Shown here: positions 46,704 through 61,914 of the stretch, one piece after another
How the letters are laid out: each line of letters begins with the position of its first letter
How positions within the stretch are numbered: position 1 is the stretch's first letter
Source: Paraspadella gotoi
Lineage: Eukaryota > Animalia > Chaetognatha
Length of the DNA: 64,000 nt
Assembly (NCBI GenBank): GCA_051294375.1
Contig: CM119270.1
Location: forward strand, 21,810,370 to 21,874,369
Direction of reading: 5' to 3'
The notes under the pieces: generated by a model
What the model saw: only the letters and a program-made list of their open reading frames with translations
Told to the model about the DNA's origin: nothing
Databases searched by the model: none
Program-made: the position numbers and the translations under genes

Positions 46704-49244
46704 TTCTCTCTCTCTCTTTCTCACACACACATTGACGAGTCAACTTTTTAATTTAAACCATCAAACGGAGAGACATATTTTATTTTCTTTGTTTTCCAAT
46801 CGAAGTTCGATGCATCGAGATGAAGGTGTTGTTGTTTTTGTTGTTGTTGTCGGAGAAAGTAAATATGATTCCAGTTGAGTAACAGACGCTTTTAAATCTT
46901 CGCATTTAACAAAAGCCGTGATGTATAAAAATAAAATTTATGTTTTAAAATATATATAAATTAATCTCTCTCTCTCGTAATCGTCCTCTACCTCGTCGTC
47001 TCTCTCGTCATCGTCCTCGGTCTGCTCGTCTCCTATCGTCCTACTCTCATGTCCTCCTCTAGTCTCTCATTCGTTTCGTCTCTCTCTCTCCTCGTAACTC
47101 TCTCGTCTCCGTCTCCTCTTCTCTCTCATTCTCTCTCTATCGTCCCAGTGCACATTAAAAAAGGTGTCAGTCCCTCTTGGTAAAACAGTTAGATGAAAAC
47201 CACCCTGAACATTCCGTAGTTAGCCGACACCAAGCCCTCGAGCTCTTTCCTGTCATCCACGTTCTATAATTTAATGGTGTACCGTATACTCTAATTAGTA
47301 CTGAAATAGGTAGTTACATTTAAATTTTGTAAATCACTGTTGATATTATAAGCAGATATTCAGTCGCCGGACCTTCGTCGCAGTGGCCGCAGCAGTATCT
47401 CGTTGCGGTCTTCCACTCCGTACAGTTTAAGCCGTTCTATGAAAAAAAGGAAATGGTAAGAGAGAGAGAGCACGATGAACGGAGACAGAGAAAGCAGAGA
47501 GAGCAGAAGGCAAGAGACGATGGAGAGGAAGGCAGATGAGGAGAGCATGAGGACGCAGTATGAGAGAGAGAGATCGAGGACAAAGAGAGAGCACAGACAG
47601 AGAAGAGAGAAGAGAGAAGACCGTGCAGAGCGCAGCGATAGTGAGACGAGAGTAAGGATCGAGAGCATGTAGAGGAGAGCGAATGATGACGAACAGAAGA
47701 GCAGTTGGACACGGTAGAGGGCATTTTTAAGACGGGCGGAAATTAAGCTAAACAAGGCAGTTATGCTGTTGTGTCTCATGGGTTATGCAATTATCGAGTA
47801 TCGTAAAAACGAATGGAGGAAGTATGCCGAGCGTTATGGCGCGCGCAACGGACGAGCGACGACGCCTGGTGCCTCGTCGACTTGTACGGTGACGCGAGGT
47901 ACTGGTGACGAGCACAACATCTGAGGACAAGTATGGCCGACGTCACGGGCCAACATGCGATGTGCGGGTGCTGTGACAGTCGTCGAACAAAGCGGTTATG
48001 GCACTGACAAATAAATCAAGCTGGGCGCGCTGTGATGCGTTGACGAGTGATGGAGCACAACATTAACTCCGATCGTGTTTGTTTTACGAATTTATCTTTA
48101 TTACAATTTATTTTGTCCACTAAAAAACGAGTTTTGAGAGTTCTGTGTTTATCTCGGAGTGGCATTTCTGCCAGTGAATGCGTGTGGTGAGTTGTGGAGG
48201 GTGGCAACTTAAGTGGCCTCCTGATGTTCAACGTGAAATTGACGATAACGAAAAAAAACCAATTAAATCCTTTTCTGTTTTGTTTGTTGCGTGGAGGCGA
48301 AGAGATGAGAGAAGAGAGATGAGATGAGGAGACGAGAAGAGAGAGAGACGAGAGAGAGAGAGCTCAGAGGAGAGAGAGAGAGAGCATGAGAGAGATGAGA
48401 TGAGTAGAGAACCGAGGATCGAGAGAGCAGGAGCTAGAGAGAAAGAGAAGAGGGAGAGGGAGAGGGAGAGGAGAGAGATGCTCTCTCGTTTGTTCGTGAT
48501 ATCACGTTGCCCTCATTTTTATTTGTTTTTATTCCTTTTTTCTCGCAAATAACTAAACATGGAACTGAGTTTCGCTTCATTGACTTTTTATCGTGTTTGA
48601 TCGTAACTAGACGGGGTCAGATCATCACGAGACAACTTATGTCTTAGCAAAGTTCTCGTCTACAAGACATTTAAATTAAAATAACTCGGTGTATCACGAA
48701 TTAACTCGCCCCGATAAAAATAAAAATTTAAACAACAGACAAGAAAGAAACCGTAAATGTTAACACGTTCCGATTTAATGACTAACTAATATTTAGTTAG
48801 GAAGCCTGTCGTTATTTACATACATAAACATTAACAAATAGGTTAATGACTCAACAAGCCAACCCGCTTTTATAATTATTCAATATCCAAGCAAGCCCTC
48901 AGCATGCTTGTTTTTTCCCACCTAAACTACCCATCTTTTAAAATTTTAAAAATGCTGACATCAAAAATTTTCTCGCGCAGAAAAAAAGAAGGAAATATTT
49001 TTTTTTCAGAAGAAGAAAAAAATATTTCTCATCGGTTCTTTTTGACCTTTTCTCTAGAAATACGAGTTTTTTCCCTTTTTTTCGTTTTTTTTTGTGTTTT
49101 CCAGTAAAAAAGTTATCACTCGGAAATCTTTTTTTTTTTTCAAAACACGAAAATTTTTATTTGAAAATTATTTCTTTTTGAGGTGTATATATTTTTAGTT
49201 AATAGTTCCGACTCTCTTCTCTCTCTCTCTCTTCTACTCTCTCT

Positions 49245-49279
<35 letters not shown>

Positions 49280-51800
49280 CTGCCTTCCTTCTTAATTTGC
49301 ATAACCAAGAATTTAATATCAGCCTCGAATTTTTAACTGAATTATTTTAAATATTAATCTTTCTTTCTCTTTTCTCATTCGACGCCAGAAGAAATTTTTC
49401 TCTTTTTAGAAATGAAATTTGCTTTGACATTCGCGGTTACGATATCGTCAGGACCGTGTTTATTTGTAACACTACCAAAATATTTTTTGTTAATTAACGA
49501 CTTTAGCAACGAAAGAGATGCTTAATTATCTAAGTTACAAATTATAAGGTTTAATTAGTTTATGAGCAAATAAATAATGTTGTAACCGAATCTCAGAATT
49601 ATCCTAGCTTAAATTAGATTAAAAGCTTGCTATAATATGAAACACCTCCAAAGCCTGAATTTCTTATTCATAATACCAATTTAGTAGAGAACAGTATTTT
49701 TTTCATTAATTTTGACGCGTGAACCACTTACAATATCATATTCTTTTAAAGTGTTAAACATTCATTATTTTGTCGAAAAACAGTTTTTTCTACTTTTTTT
49801 TGATAAAACACAAAACAAAAACTTTTTTTTACTTTTTTTGATAAAACACAAAACAAAAAAAGTTTTTCAAAAAACTAGAATACAAAATCGACGCCACACA
49901 CGAAAGGTAGAGTTTCACGTCGCCATTAGGATTGTCAAAACTTGATACCTCATTTATACTATATTATTTCCTTTGCACGTACCCGTGTCCGATTCGCGAA
50001 GTGACGCCAAAAAATCGCTCCCATTACTCATTGGCCTCAAGTCATCTTTTGTGACATCGTAATATCAATATGCGTCATAAAAAATGTCGGGATATTTGAG
50101 ATTATATATTTATAGATAAGGCGCTAAGTGATCTCCGCAACTTCTTTAACCCCCTCTAGCAGTCATGGAACGGAGACCTGGGGTTGGAACTGAAGAGACA
50201 GTAACTATTGTTATGTGGTTAGTGACAGAACCGTTCAATATAAGCAGTCCCTGAGCTTCGGATCAGGTTGTAACACCGTGTTACATGCGGGTTAAGCGCC
50301 CCGTCCCCTTAATGCTAAGCGACTACAGGGCTTTTGGTTGGTTGGCACCTTTGGTTTGGGAGGGCGACGATATGACGTTGCCTCCCGAGCCACAATGGCC
50401 GCTGAATGAACGCGTTGTTGGATTTTTAGTTCCACCATAGAACCATGCCTTGAAGTTTTCGACGGCCCCCAACGTGGTTTACGATGGTCGTCCCTACACG
50501 GGGATACACGACAGGATAGGTAAGGGCGTAGGAATCGAACATGATGCCATGGTACCTCATGATGCGCGGTCATGAGCGTGAAGATTTTAGTCCAATAAAT
50601 AACCACGGTGCGACGAGTGAAGTCGGTCAGGTGTTTATTAAGTCGGGGTGAACTTATGCTATATGACGCCAACTACATATTTCTACCAAGAATTTACCGT
50701 TGTTACAAATAACAAATTAAAGTCATGTAGACATTCACATCCAGGCATTCTATGAACAGGAAATGCGCCGAACCGCATTCCGGAAATAGTCGGCAATATT
50801 TTCTTTCAAATTAACTAAAATTGCGATCTTTACAATGTTTTGTAAGTTGTATGTTTCTTGTCAACTGGCTGATGAAAGCTTCGTGTTCATCACTTTTAAT
50901 GAGATAACATAAATAAAAGAGATAGAACCTTATCGTCTCGATCTCTGTCTGCTCGTCTCTCTCTGGTTCTCTCTCTCTCTCTTCCTCTCTCTCTCTGCTC
51001 TCCAGTTCGATTCGTTTCCTGTTCATGGTACAATTAAGAGGGAAATTTTAATTTCAACGAAAAGGAAGAAAGGCGTTTTGAGGGACGGAGAGAGAGAGAG
51101 AGAGGAGGAGAAGAGAGAGAGAGAAGCAGAGAGAGAAGGAGAGAGAATCCTTCTCCCCCTTCACTTTCATTGCTTTCCCATCTTCCTCCAGCCTCATGTT
51201 GTCATTTCTCGCCGGGAGAGAGAGAGAGAGATGAGAGATGAGTAGAGAGAGAGAGAGAGAGCAGACGAGAGCAGAGAGAGCAGAGAGAGTATTTTCCTCG
51301 CCAGGAAGCCTGAGACGGAAAGGGGAGGCAGTGTCTACTCCAGTGTAAGTTAACTAATAGAGAATAAGAAAAAGGCATGGAATTGTCGTCTCTTTCTCCC
51401 TCTTTCTTGCTCTCGTGTCTGTGCTCTCGTCTCTCTCTTCTCCTCTCTCTCGTCTCTGCTCTTCGTCGTCGTCGATCGTCTCTGGCTCTCGGTCTCTCGT
51501 CGTCTCTCTTCTGTTCTCATATCTTCTCTCACTGTCATTTTTTTGTCTGGTGTTAGTGTCTATCACGTTGTACCAGCTGATTAAGTTAACATATATTTAA
51601 TAGAATTAAGTATAGTGTTCTAGAGTAACGGCAACTAAAAGTCGTGCGGTTGTAATTTAAAGTATTTTTTCATGTTGCATGTTATGGAAAAGCGCAAGTT
51701 AAGGATGATGGTAAGAACACATAGTCTTTTGCTGATTTTGTAATTGTTGAAACGGTAAACTATGCTACTTAGTTTGGTAGGTGATATAAGGCTGGTTTCT
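45730..51800. repeat. Further partial copies of block D: 45730-46765 (orientation of 40258-41270), then 46775-51800 (orientation of 58985-63430), error-rich
   Basis: Fold-back junction at ~46770. Many single-base insertions relative to other copies. Confidence 0.85.
50111..50677 (-). mobile_element. tRNA(Met)-like SINE-type element, long form, noisy duplicate
   Basis: Colinear with 61915-62434. Confidence 0.6.
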
Positions 51801-52162
51801 TGTTTATTAATATTGTTTGTAGTCTATCTGTCCTCCTCTTTTGTTNNNNNNNNNNNNNNNNNNNNNNNNNTGGAAATTTTATAATGGTTACCAATTTTTT
51901 TAACATTTCATATTTTTCATGCGATAACGAAAGAATGACAAAATACAAAATAAAAAATACTCGATTAAATATCAATGTACGACAACATTTACTAATAATG
52001 TCAGTCCTAGAAATAACGACTTAAATCTGTTGGAAATGTCCGCCAGAAGATCGTTGCTTGCAAAAAATGGGGGGTAAGAGAATATGATTGTGCCGATTAG
52101 TGAGTTTTTAATGTCCAAGAGAATTCCACAGATTTCAAGACAGCGCGAATATTAATGCTCTA

Positions 52163-52249
<87 letters not shown>

Positions 52250-52341
52250 CTCTAATATTTTCCCATTCCAGTTATTTTTTCCAAGAATTTTTTTCTCGTT
52301 TCATAGCTATTTATGACTGCCTGAAATCATCTCTATGTCTC

Positions 52342-52381
<40 letters not shown>

Positions 52382-53022
52382 TCTCTCTCTTCTCTCTCTC
52401 TCTCTCTCTCTCTCTCAACAAAAAAGGAGAAATGTGAGACGATCAAAGAAATTCTGGTGTATTTTGTCGCCTGAGTCAATATTCATCGTACAAACCACGA
52501 ATTTTCTTTTTCTCTTTCTTTTTCTAATTCCTCTCCCTTTTTTCCCTTTTATTTCTTTCCTTTTTCCTTTCTTTCCTTTTTCATTTCTTTTTTTTTCTCT
52601 TCTTTGCCTCAACCTCTCTTTCCCTTCACACCCTTTTATCTTTTCTTTCTATCTCTCCTTTCTCTCCTTTCTTTCATTCAATTTTTTGTCTCTCTTCTCT
52701 TCCTTTCTCTTGGCTTCCTTTCTTTCTCTCTTTCATTCATTCCCTTTTTTTGTCTCTCTCTCTTCCTTTTTTCTTTGCTTCCTCTCTTTTTTTCCTTTCT
52801 TTCTCTTCTTTCCTTTTCTTTCCCAAATGAAAAAGAAAAGATCTTCTTATCAGATTTGGTTCTCATTTCTCCTCCGACGTCGAATCTGAAAAAAAAATAA
52901 TGGAATTTAATTGAAAAAAAATTTAAAATTTTTTTGTTTTGTTTATTTAATACAAATAGTTTAATCCTAATCCTGTGTTCGTCCCCCTCTTTTCTGTTTC
53001 TTGTCTATTCTTTTTTGTTTCC

Positions 53023-53094
<72 letters not shown>

Positions 53095-53390
53095 CTCTGT
53101 TTCTTACTCCCCGATCTCTCTGTTTCTTAATCCTAAATCTCATCTGTTTCCTCTACCTAAGTTTCGCTGTTTCCTCTTCCATAATTTTATGTTCTCTATC
53201 CACCCGTCTTGTTTTCTATTAACGATCCTCTTGTTTTCTGTCCACCGTCCTTTGTTTCTATCCCTATTTTCTTGTTTTCTATCCCTATTTCACACTTTCC
53301 CCTTTTTCCATCGAGCATCGAGATTTTCGCTTTTAAACCGATGTTCCTCGCCACTATGACAGAATCGTGGTTTCACTTCTATCGAGACTT

Positions 53391-53443
<53 letters not shown>

Positions 53444-53928
53444 CTCTTTCTCTCTCTCTCTCTTCTCTCTCTTCTCACAAACCTTTTTTTCTCAGTCAGC
53501 AGTTTCGTCATTGAAATTTATCTCTGTTGATTTTCTGTCTCAGATTTTTTTTCCATTTTTCCATTCTGTCATTATTTTCTGTCATTATTTTCTGTCATTA
53601 TTTCTGTAATTATTTTTTGTCATTATTTTATATCATATTTTCTGACACTATTTTATGTCATTATTTTCTGACACTATTTTATGTCATTATTCTGTCATTT
53701 TTTCCTCATCCTCTCGTTTATTCTGTTTCTATTCCACTCTGCTCTTTGCTCTCTCTTCCCCTCCCTCTCCTCTCCCCTTCCTTCCCTCTCCTCTCTCACT
53801 CAATCGTCCAATCTGTCCCTTCCTTTCTCAGCATTTTTGCTTTTCCCAAAACATTATCTTTCACTCTCTCTCACGCTGTCTCCTTTCTCTCTCTCTCTCT
53901 CTCTCTGTCTTCTCTCTCCTCTCTCTCG

Positions 53929-53969
<41 letters not shown>

Positions 53970-54047
53970 CTCTCTCTCCCTCTCTCTCCCCTCTCACCTT
54001 CTGCTTCTCCAGTACCGTCTCTTGTCTTCCTTTTCTTCTTCCCTCAC

Positions 54048-55181
54048 TCCCCGGATGTCGAAGAACTCCAAACCTGGAAATAACTGACAAGAAGCCGGAT
54101 TGTTATAGGATTCACGTTACCCAGGATGTAATGATGTTGACCGCTTTCCGCAGTGGTCGACTGAGGATCCCGAATGTTATTTGTATCCACTGATGTTCCC
54201 GGTTGTAACTGGATTTGGCCGCAGACTTCGGGAGAAGCCGACTGAGAACCCCGGATGTAATTGCAATCGGCTAAAAACCCGCTTGTAACTGGAGTTGACT
54301 GGAAGTCTCGAAAGGCCGACTGAGAACCCCGGATGTAATTGAAAAATCGGGCGAAAAATCCGGATGTAACTGGAGTTGGCCTGGATTCCAGAGTGAAGGG
54401 CAGAGGTTAGGGTCGGGCGGAGAGCGAGAGAGCGAATCGCCGTCGAGAGAGAGCGAGTGGCCAGAGGAGGAGAGGGCGTCGCGATGGCGTCGCGAGAGAG
54501 AGACAGAGTCCGGAGGATAAGAGAGAGCGACGACCTTTGCTCTGTAGGTCGGCGTCGAAACGACGCCGGCGTCGTCGTCGTCGGATTTTCTCGCTGGAAT
54601 TTAGATTGGGGCGCCAACTTCCTTATTGTGCGCTGCAAACTCGTGGACCGGCGCGAACTGGACCGCGGATCAGCACCGGAAGCGTCAGCGAATTTCGGGG
54701 TCGGCGCCGGAAGTTGGTGCAAATAGCGGCGAACGCGTACGGCGTAGATTTTCGGCGAACGTGGAATCGGGATGAGGCGCTGAGTGTTCGACGATGGTTT
54801 TTCGGGAAAGTCTTGAATTGGCGAAGCAAACTCGTAAATTGGCGCTGTGGAGCCATTCCTCATTGCTCCGCAAAGTCTGGTATCGCGCGCTGGAATATCT
54901 TTGATTGGCGCTGTTGGAGCCAATCCTCATTGCTCGCAAAGTCTCTGAATCCGGCGCTGCAATGTCTTTGATTGGTGCTGTGGATGCCAATCCTCATTGC
55001 TCCGCAAAAGTCTGGTCATCGGCGCTGAATATCTTTGATTAGGCTGGCTGTGGAGTCAATCCTCATGGCGCTGCAATGTCTTGAATCCGGCGACGCGCAA
55101 ATCAAGGATCGGCAGCCTCCGGTTTTGGAAAAGGCGCCGCGAATCCATAACAGAAATCTGGAGGAAACTTAAAGACGGTGT
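54048..55181 (-). other. Frameshifted duplicate of the repeat-protein exon 34871-35997 (sequencing error or pseudogene)
   Basis: Same splice sites and sequence, with many 1-bp indels. Confidence 0.55.
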
Positions 55182-57574
55182 CTGAGGAGGCAGGTGGGGG
55201 AGGAGGAAGAAGGGGAGGAGGGAGGAAGAAGGGGAGGGAGGGGAGAGAGAGAAAGGAGGAACGAGGGGTGAGGAAGAGGAGTCAGGTAGCAGCAGAGAAA
55301 GAGGCAAATAGGGGTGTGAAGGGAGTAGTTAAAAGAAAAGAAAAATAAAAAGAAAAGAAAATATACAACAAGTTATTTTAAACCAATTATTAAACAAAGT
55401 AGAGAAGATAAAAATTCGGGAATCAAAAAGAAGAAAAGGAAAAAGAAGAATGAAAAAAGTAAGATAAAAATAAGAAAGATAAAAAAGAAAGAATAAAAAA
55501 AAAGAAAAAAGAGAAAGTAAAAAAGAAATAAAAAAGAAAGAATAAAAAAGAATAAAAAAAAAGAATAAAAAAAAGAAAGAATAAAAAATAGAATAAAAAG
55601 AGACGATAAAAAAGAAAGCAAGATAGAGGCTCACCCTACCGCCAGACCTCTCTCTCCCCCGGGCCTTCTCTTCCCGCCTCTCAACGCCTCTCTCGTCGTC
55701 GCTCTCTTCATCCCCGGTCCGGTAACTTAATCGGCTACTAGCTCATTCCCTCTCGGTCGGGTTACTATCCTCCTCTCTCCCTGGGACCTGATCTTGGTAC
55801 TGTTATACCATTAGATACCCACTACTCCGGTAGTTTATTACTAGTCATACGGGCCAATTGAAACCTTTGTTATTGATCTTGGATCTCTGTTTCACCTAGT
55901 CTAACGTTATTAATTTTTCTCTCTGTCTATTCTACATTCGGTTTTTTTTTTCCTACTCGACTCATCCACCATACTTGAGAAAAGAATTTTGTGATACACG
56001 TCTCCTTCCCGATAGTACTAACACCTGTCTCCAAACGAACACAAACTCCCGACTCTCCGCACTATACTCCGTTCGCCTCAACACCACATAACAACCATGA
56101 AGCGTCGACTCGGGAGGGGCAATACCACTTGGGCCGCCCACGTCTCCCATCACCTAACCTGGCCTGCCTCCCCTTTCAAATACCACCAGAGATGGAGACA
56201 GTCACGTCATTCTAAGGTACAATGGCTCCAGGAACGTAGAGCTACACCTTCCGCGAATTCTCTACCGGTCTCCCTCTCACGTTCCTCCTCCTCCGCTTAC
56301 ATGCGAGGAGATCTTGGAGACGTCATAGTCACTCCCCGCGGGCAATACTCTCGCCTCGCTTATTAGTACCCTTGTAATATATGTATCAAATACTCCTATA
56401 CCTGTCCCCCTGATGGACTTTATACTACGCTTAGCGATACATTCGGCAGAACAGAATAAAACAAAAAAGAATAAAAAAGAAAAGAATAAGAAAAAAGGAA
56501 GCAATAAAAAAAGAAAAAATAAAAAAATAAAAATAAAAAAAAAGAAAGAAATAAAAAATAAAAAGAGAGAATAAAAAAAGAAAGAAATAAACAAGAAGAT
56601 ATAAAAAGAAAGAATAAGAAAAAGGAAGAATAAGAAAAGAAAGATAAAAAAAGAAAGAATATAAAAGAAAGAATAAAAAAGAGAGAATAAAAAAGAAAGA
56701 ATAAAAACAAGAAAGGAATAAAAAAAAGAGATATAGCAAAAAAGGAAGAATAAAAAAGAAAGAATAAAAAAGAGAAGAGAAAAAAAAAAGAAGAATAAAA
56801 AAAAGAATAAAAAAAGAGTAAATAAAAGAAAGAATAAAACAGAGAAAGAATAAAAAAGAAAGAATAAGAACAAAGGAAGATAAAAAGAATAAAAGAAAGA
56901 AAGAATAAATAGAAAAAGAAAGAATAAAAAAAAGAAAGAATAAAAAAGGCGATGAAATTTGACGGAGAAAAAAAATAATTGAAAATCAAGAAGCGAGAGA
57001 TATTGGAGGGAAGAAGGGAGGAAGGGGTAAGGAGGAGGAGGAGAAGGGGGAAGGAGGAGGAGAAGGGGGAGAGGAGGAAAAGGGGGGGAGGGGGAATGAG
57101 GAAGAGAGAGAAAATTAAGGGAAGAGTGAGAGGAAGAGGATAAGAAGAGGAAGGAGGAGAAAGAGGAGGAGAGGGCCGAGGAGGAGAAGAAGGGAGGAAG
57201 GGGGAGGAGGAGGAGGAGAAGGAAAGAAGAGCAGGAGGAGGAGTAAAAAGGGAGGGAGGTGGAAGGAGGAGAGGGCGAAGGGAGGAAGTGGAAGGGTAGG
57301 AGAAAAAAGGAAGGAACAGAGAGAAGGGAGAGTGAAAGATAGGGAAAGAGGAGGAGGAGATGGAGGAGGAGAAGGAGAGGGAAGAGGAGGAGGAGAAGAA
57401 AAGGGAAGAAAGGAGGAAAAGAAGGAGAAGAAAGGAAGGAAGAGGGAGGAAGAGGAGGAGCAGGAGAGGAAAAGGGAGGATTGAGAGGAAGGGGGGAGGT
57501 GAGGAAGGGAGGGAGGAAGAGGAGGAGAGGAGAGGAGGAGAAGAAGAAGCCAAGGGAAGGGAAACGAGAGACGT

Positions 57575-57613
<39 letters not shown>

Positions 57614-57731
57614 CGAGAGACGGAGAGAGAGGAGACGAGAGCGAGAAGAGAGACGAGAGAGAGATTTTTAAACGGAATTCAATCAAAATCGATGTCAAGG
57701 AAAAGAATAGACATTATTTTGATAGAACTCG

Positions 57732-57771
<40 letters not shown>

Positions 57772-57781
57772 TCTCTCTCCT

Positions 57782-57814
<33 letters not shown>

Positions 57815-57830
57815 TATCGCCCCTAAATAC

Positions 57831-58810
57831 TGGAAAATATTATTGGAGACAATCACTCGCGGAGAGATTCGAGGTAGGAGACGCTGTGGTTGTTGTTGTT
57901 GTCTCGTCGTCGCTCGTCGTCCCGTCGTCGTCGTCGCGTCCTTTTCCTCATCGATTGAAATACTCATCATGATGTTGTACGTGATATTGATGTTGATGTA
58001 GACAAGATATACGAGTCACTTTTAAAGTTAGGTTTGCAAGAATGAGAGAACACGGTTGAAAAGGGATAACGAATCGGGGATATTTCTCTTTCGATAATTA
58101 TCGTCATCGTTATCTGTCGTCGTCGTCGTCGTCGTTTCCACTGTTGAGTTTTCTTTCGTCTCCAACTTTTTGTCTTTCTGCCACAATCAACATCCATTCT
58201 TCATTGTCACTTTAGGCTAGCGAGGCGGTGCACGTTCTCATTCTTCATTGTCAACGCGCTTGTTTTTCTTTGTCACGTCTTTCTCTATCACTGTCTCGTC
58301 ATGATTAAACTCTAGTCACGTCGACATTCATGCATTGTAACGTCCGGTTTCGCATCTGCCACGGTTTCCTCCACGCATCTGCCACGGTTCCCTTCCTATC
58401 AACGTGTCTCTTCGCAACGAATCTGTTCGTCCCTTCATTGTGTCGTCGTCGTCCTGCTCCTCCTCCTACCTCCTGCTGCCTCCTCAGTTGTTGTTGTTGT
58501 TGTTCTCTTTGCTTATCTTGTCTCTCGTCCAACAATAATAAATGAATTCTTCTTTTTTCGTCGCGATTCGCGTCACACTTTGTCATCGTCGTCGTCGTCA
58601 ATGTCGTCGTCGTCGTCGTCGTCGCTGCCACCGGCCGTCAGAAGCCACAAGCCCACTGATCCCCGAGAGGGCGTCGACGTCCGCTCCGGTTTTTCCGGGC
58701 GCGGATGACGCGACGAGCGGCGCTGAGGAAAGGACGGCGGCGGCAGTGGCGCCGTGTGCGCGGCGGCGGCGGCAGCGGCGTGTGAAAGGTTTTGAGAAAA
58801 TGTTCTCGTT
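57831..58810 (-). other. Third, frameshifted copy of the low-complexity exon
   Basis: Reverse complement of 41256-42210. In this copy it lies upstream of, and on the same strand as, the exon at 54048-55181. Confidence 0.45.
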
Positions 58811-58872
58811 CTGATGGTTTAAAATTTAAAGTTGACTCGTCAATGTGTGTGTGAGAAAGAGAGAGAGAAGAA

Positions 58873-58959
<87 letters not shown>

Positions 58960-59302
58960 GCACCTAATTCTTCGTCGTCTTCTTTATTTTATTTTCTTTG
59001 TTTTCCAATCGAAGTTCGATGCATCGAGATGAAGGTGTTGTTGTTTTTGTTGTTGTTGTCGAGAAAGTAAATATGATTCGCAGTTGAGTAACAGACGCTT
59101 TTAAATCTTCGCATTTAACAAAAGCCGTGATGTATAAAAATAAAATTTATGTTTTTCAAAATATATATAAATTAACGTCTCTCTCTCTCTCTCTCGTCTC
59201 TCTTCGTCTCTCGTCTCTCTCTCTCTCTCTCTCGTCTTCTCTCTCTTATCCTCTCTCTCTCTTCTCTTCGTCTTACATCTCTCTCTCTCTCTCTCCTCTC
59301 CT

Positions 59303-59339
<37 letters not shown>

Positions 59340-60172
59340 CCCATGACTAAAAAATTAATCCTTTGGTAAATTGAAACACCTGACATCCTAGTTAGGCCCA
59401 AGCTCGAGCTCTTTCCTTCATCACTTCTATATTTAATGTTTNNNNNNNNNNNNNNNNNNNNNNNNNNNNNNNNNNNNNNNNNNNNNNNNNNNNNNNNNNN
59501 NNNNNNNNNNNNNNNNNNNNNNNNNNNNNNNNNNNNNNNNNNNNNNNNNNNNNNNNNNNNNNNNNNNNNNNNNNNNNNNNNNNNNNNNNNNNNNNNNNNN
59601 NNNNNNNNNNNNNNNNNNNNNNNNNNNNNNNNNNNNNNNNNNNNNNNNNNNNNNNNNNNNNNNNNNNNNNNNNNNNNNNNNNNNNNNNNNNNNNNNNNNN
59701 NNNNNNNNNNNNAGAGAGAGAGAGTGAGAGAGCATTAAGACGGGAAATTAAGTAAAAGGATTATTTTGTCGTGAATTTCGAATATTAAAACGAAGAGAGA
59801 ATGCAGCGTAGCGCGCGGTGCTGTCACTGGTACGTGACGCGGTACTGTGACGAGCACAACGAGGACAATATGGCGAAAGGGCAAAGCGATGCGGTGCTGT
59901 GACATCGTCGACAAAGCGGTGCACTGACAAATAATCAGTGGGCGCTGTGCGTTGACGATGATGGAGCACAACATTAATCCATTGTGATTTTTACAATTTT
60001 CTTTATTACAATTATTTTTCACTAAAAAACAGTTTTGAGTTCTTGTATCTCGAGTGGCATTTCTGCCAGTGAATCGTGTGGTGATTTGGGTGGCAACTTA
60101 AGTGGCCTCCTATGTTCACGTGAAATTGACGATAACGAAAAAAAATCCAATAAATCCTTTTTGTTTTGTTTT

Positions 60173-60285
<113 letters not shown>

Positions 60286-61030
60286 GAGAGGGAGAGGGAG
60301 AGGGAGAGGGAGAGAGATGCTCTCTCGTTTGTTCGTGATATCACGTTCCTCATTTTTATTTGTTTTTATTCCCTTTTTTCTCGCAAATAACTAAACATGG
60401 AACTGAGTTTCGCTTCATTGACTTTTTATTCGTTTGATCGTATCTAGACGGGGTCAGATCATCACGAGACAACTTATGTCTTAGCAAAGTTCTCGTCTAC
60501 AAGACATTTAAATTAAAATAACTCGGTGTATCACGAATTAACCGCGATAAAAATAAAATTTAAACAAACAGACAAGAAAGAAACCGTAAATGTTAACCTT
60601 CCGATTTAATGACTAACTAATATTTAGTTAGTGAAGCCTTCTTATTTTACATACATAACAATTAACAAATAGGTTAATGACTCAACAAGCCAACCCGCTT
60701 TTATAATTATTCAATATCCAAGCAAGCTCATGCTTGTTTTTTCCCACTCAAACTACCCATCTTTTAAAATTTTAAAAATGCTGACATCAAAAATTTTCTC
60801 GCGCAGAAAAAAAAGAAGGAAATATTTTTTTTTCAAAGAAGAAAAAAATTTTTCTCATCGGTTCTTTTTGACCTTTTCTCAGAAATACGAGTTTTTTCCC
60901 TTTTTTTCGTTTTTTTGTTTTTCCAGTAAAAAAGTTATCACTCGGAAATCTTTTTTTTTTTTCAAAACACGAAAATTTTTATTTGAAAATTTATTTCTTT
61001 TTGAGGTTAATATATTTTTAGTTAATAGTT

Positions 61031-61085
<55 letters not shown>

Positions 61086-61914
61086 GCCTTCCTTCTTAAT
61101 TTGCATAACCAAGAATTTAATATCAGCCTCGAATTTTTAACTGAATTATTTAAATATTAATCTTTCTTTCTCTTTTCTCATTTCGACGCCAGAAGAAATT
61201 TTTCTCTTTTTAGAAATGAAATTTGCTTTGACATTCGCGGTTACGATATCGTCAGGACCGTTTTAATTTGTAACACTACCAAAATATTTTTTGTTTAATT
61301 AACGACTTTAGCAACGAAAGAGATGCTTAATTATCTAAGTTACAAATTATAGGTTTAATTAGTTTATGAGCAAATAAATAAGTTTGTAACCGAATCTCAG
61401 AATTATCCTAGCTTAAATTAGATTAAAAGCTTGCTATAATATGAACACCTCCAAAGCCTGAATTTCTTATTCAATTACCAATTTAGTAGAGAACAGTATT
61501 TTTTTCATTATTTTGACGCGTGAACCACTTCAATATCATATTCTTTTAAAGTTTAAACATTTCATTATTTTGTCGAAAAACAGTTTTTTTCTTACTTTTT
61601 TTTGATAAAACACAAAACAAAAACTTTTTTTTTACTTTTTTTTGATAAAACACAAAACAAAAAAAGTTTTTCAAAAAAACTAGAATACAAAATCGACGCC
61701 CACACGAAAGGTAGAGTTTCACGTCGCCATTAGGGTTGTCATATTTGATACCTCATTTATACTATTATATTTCCTTTGCACGTACCCCGTGTCCGTTCGC
61801 GAGTGACGCCAAAAAATCGCTTCCCATTACTCATTGGCCTCAAGTCATCTTTTGTGACATCGTAAATTTTCAAATTGCGTCATAAAAAATGTCGGGTATA
61901 TTTGAGATTATATA

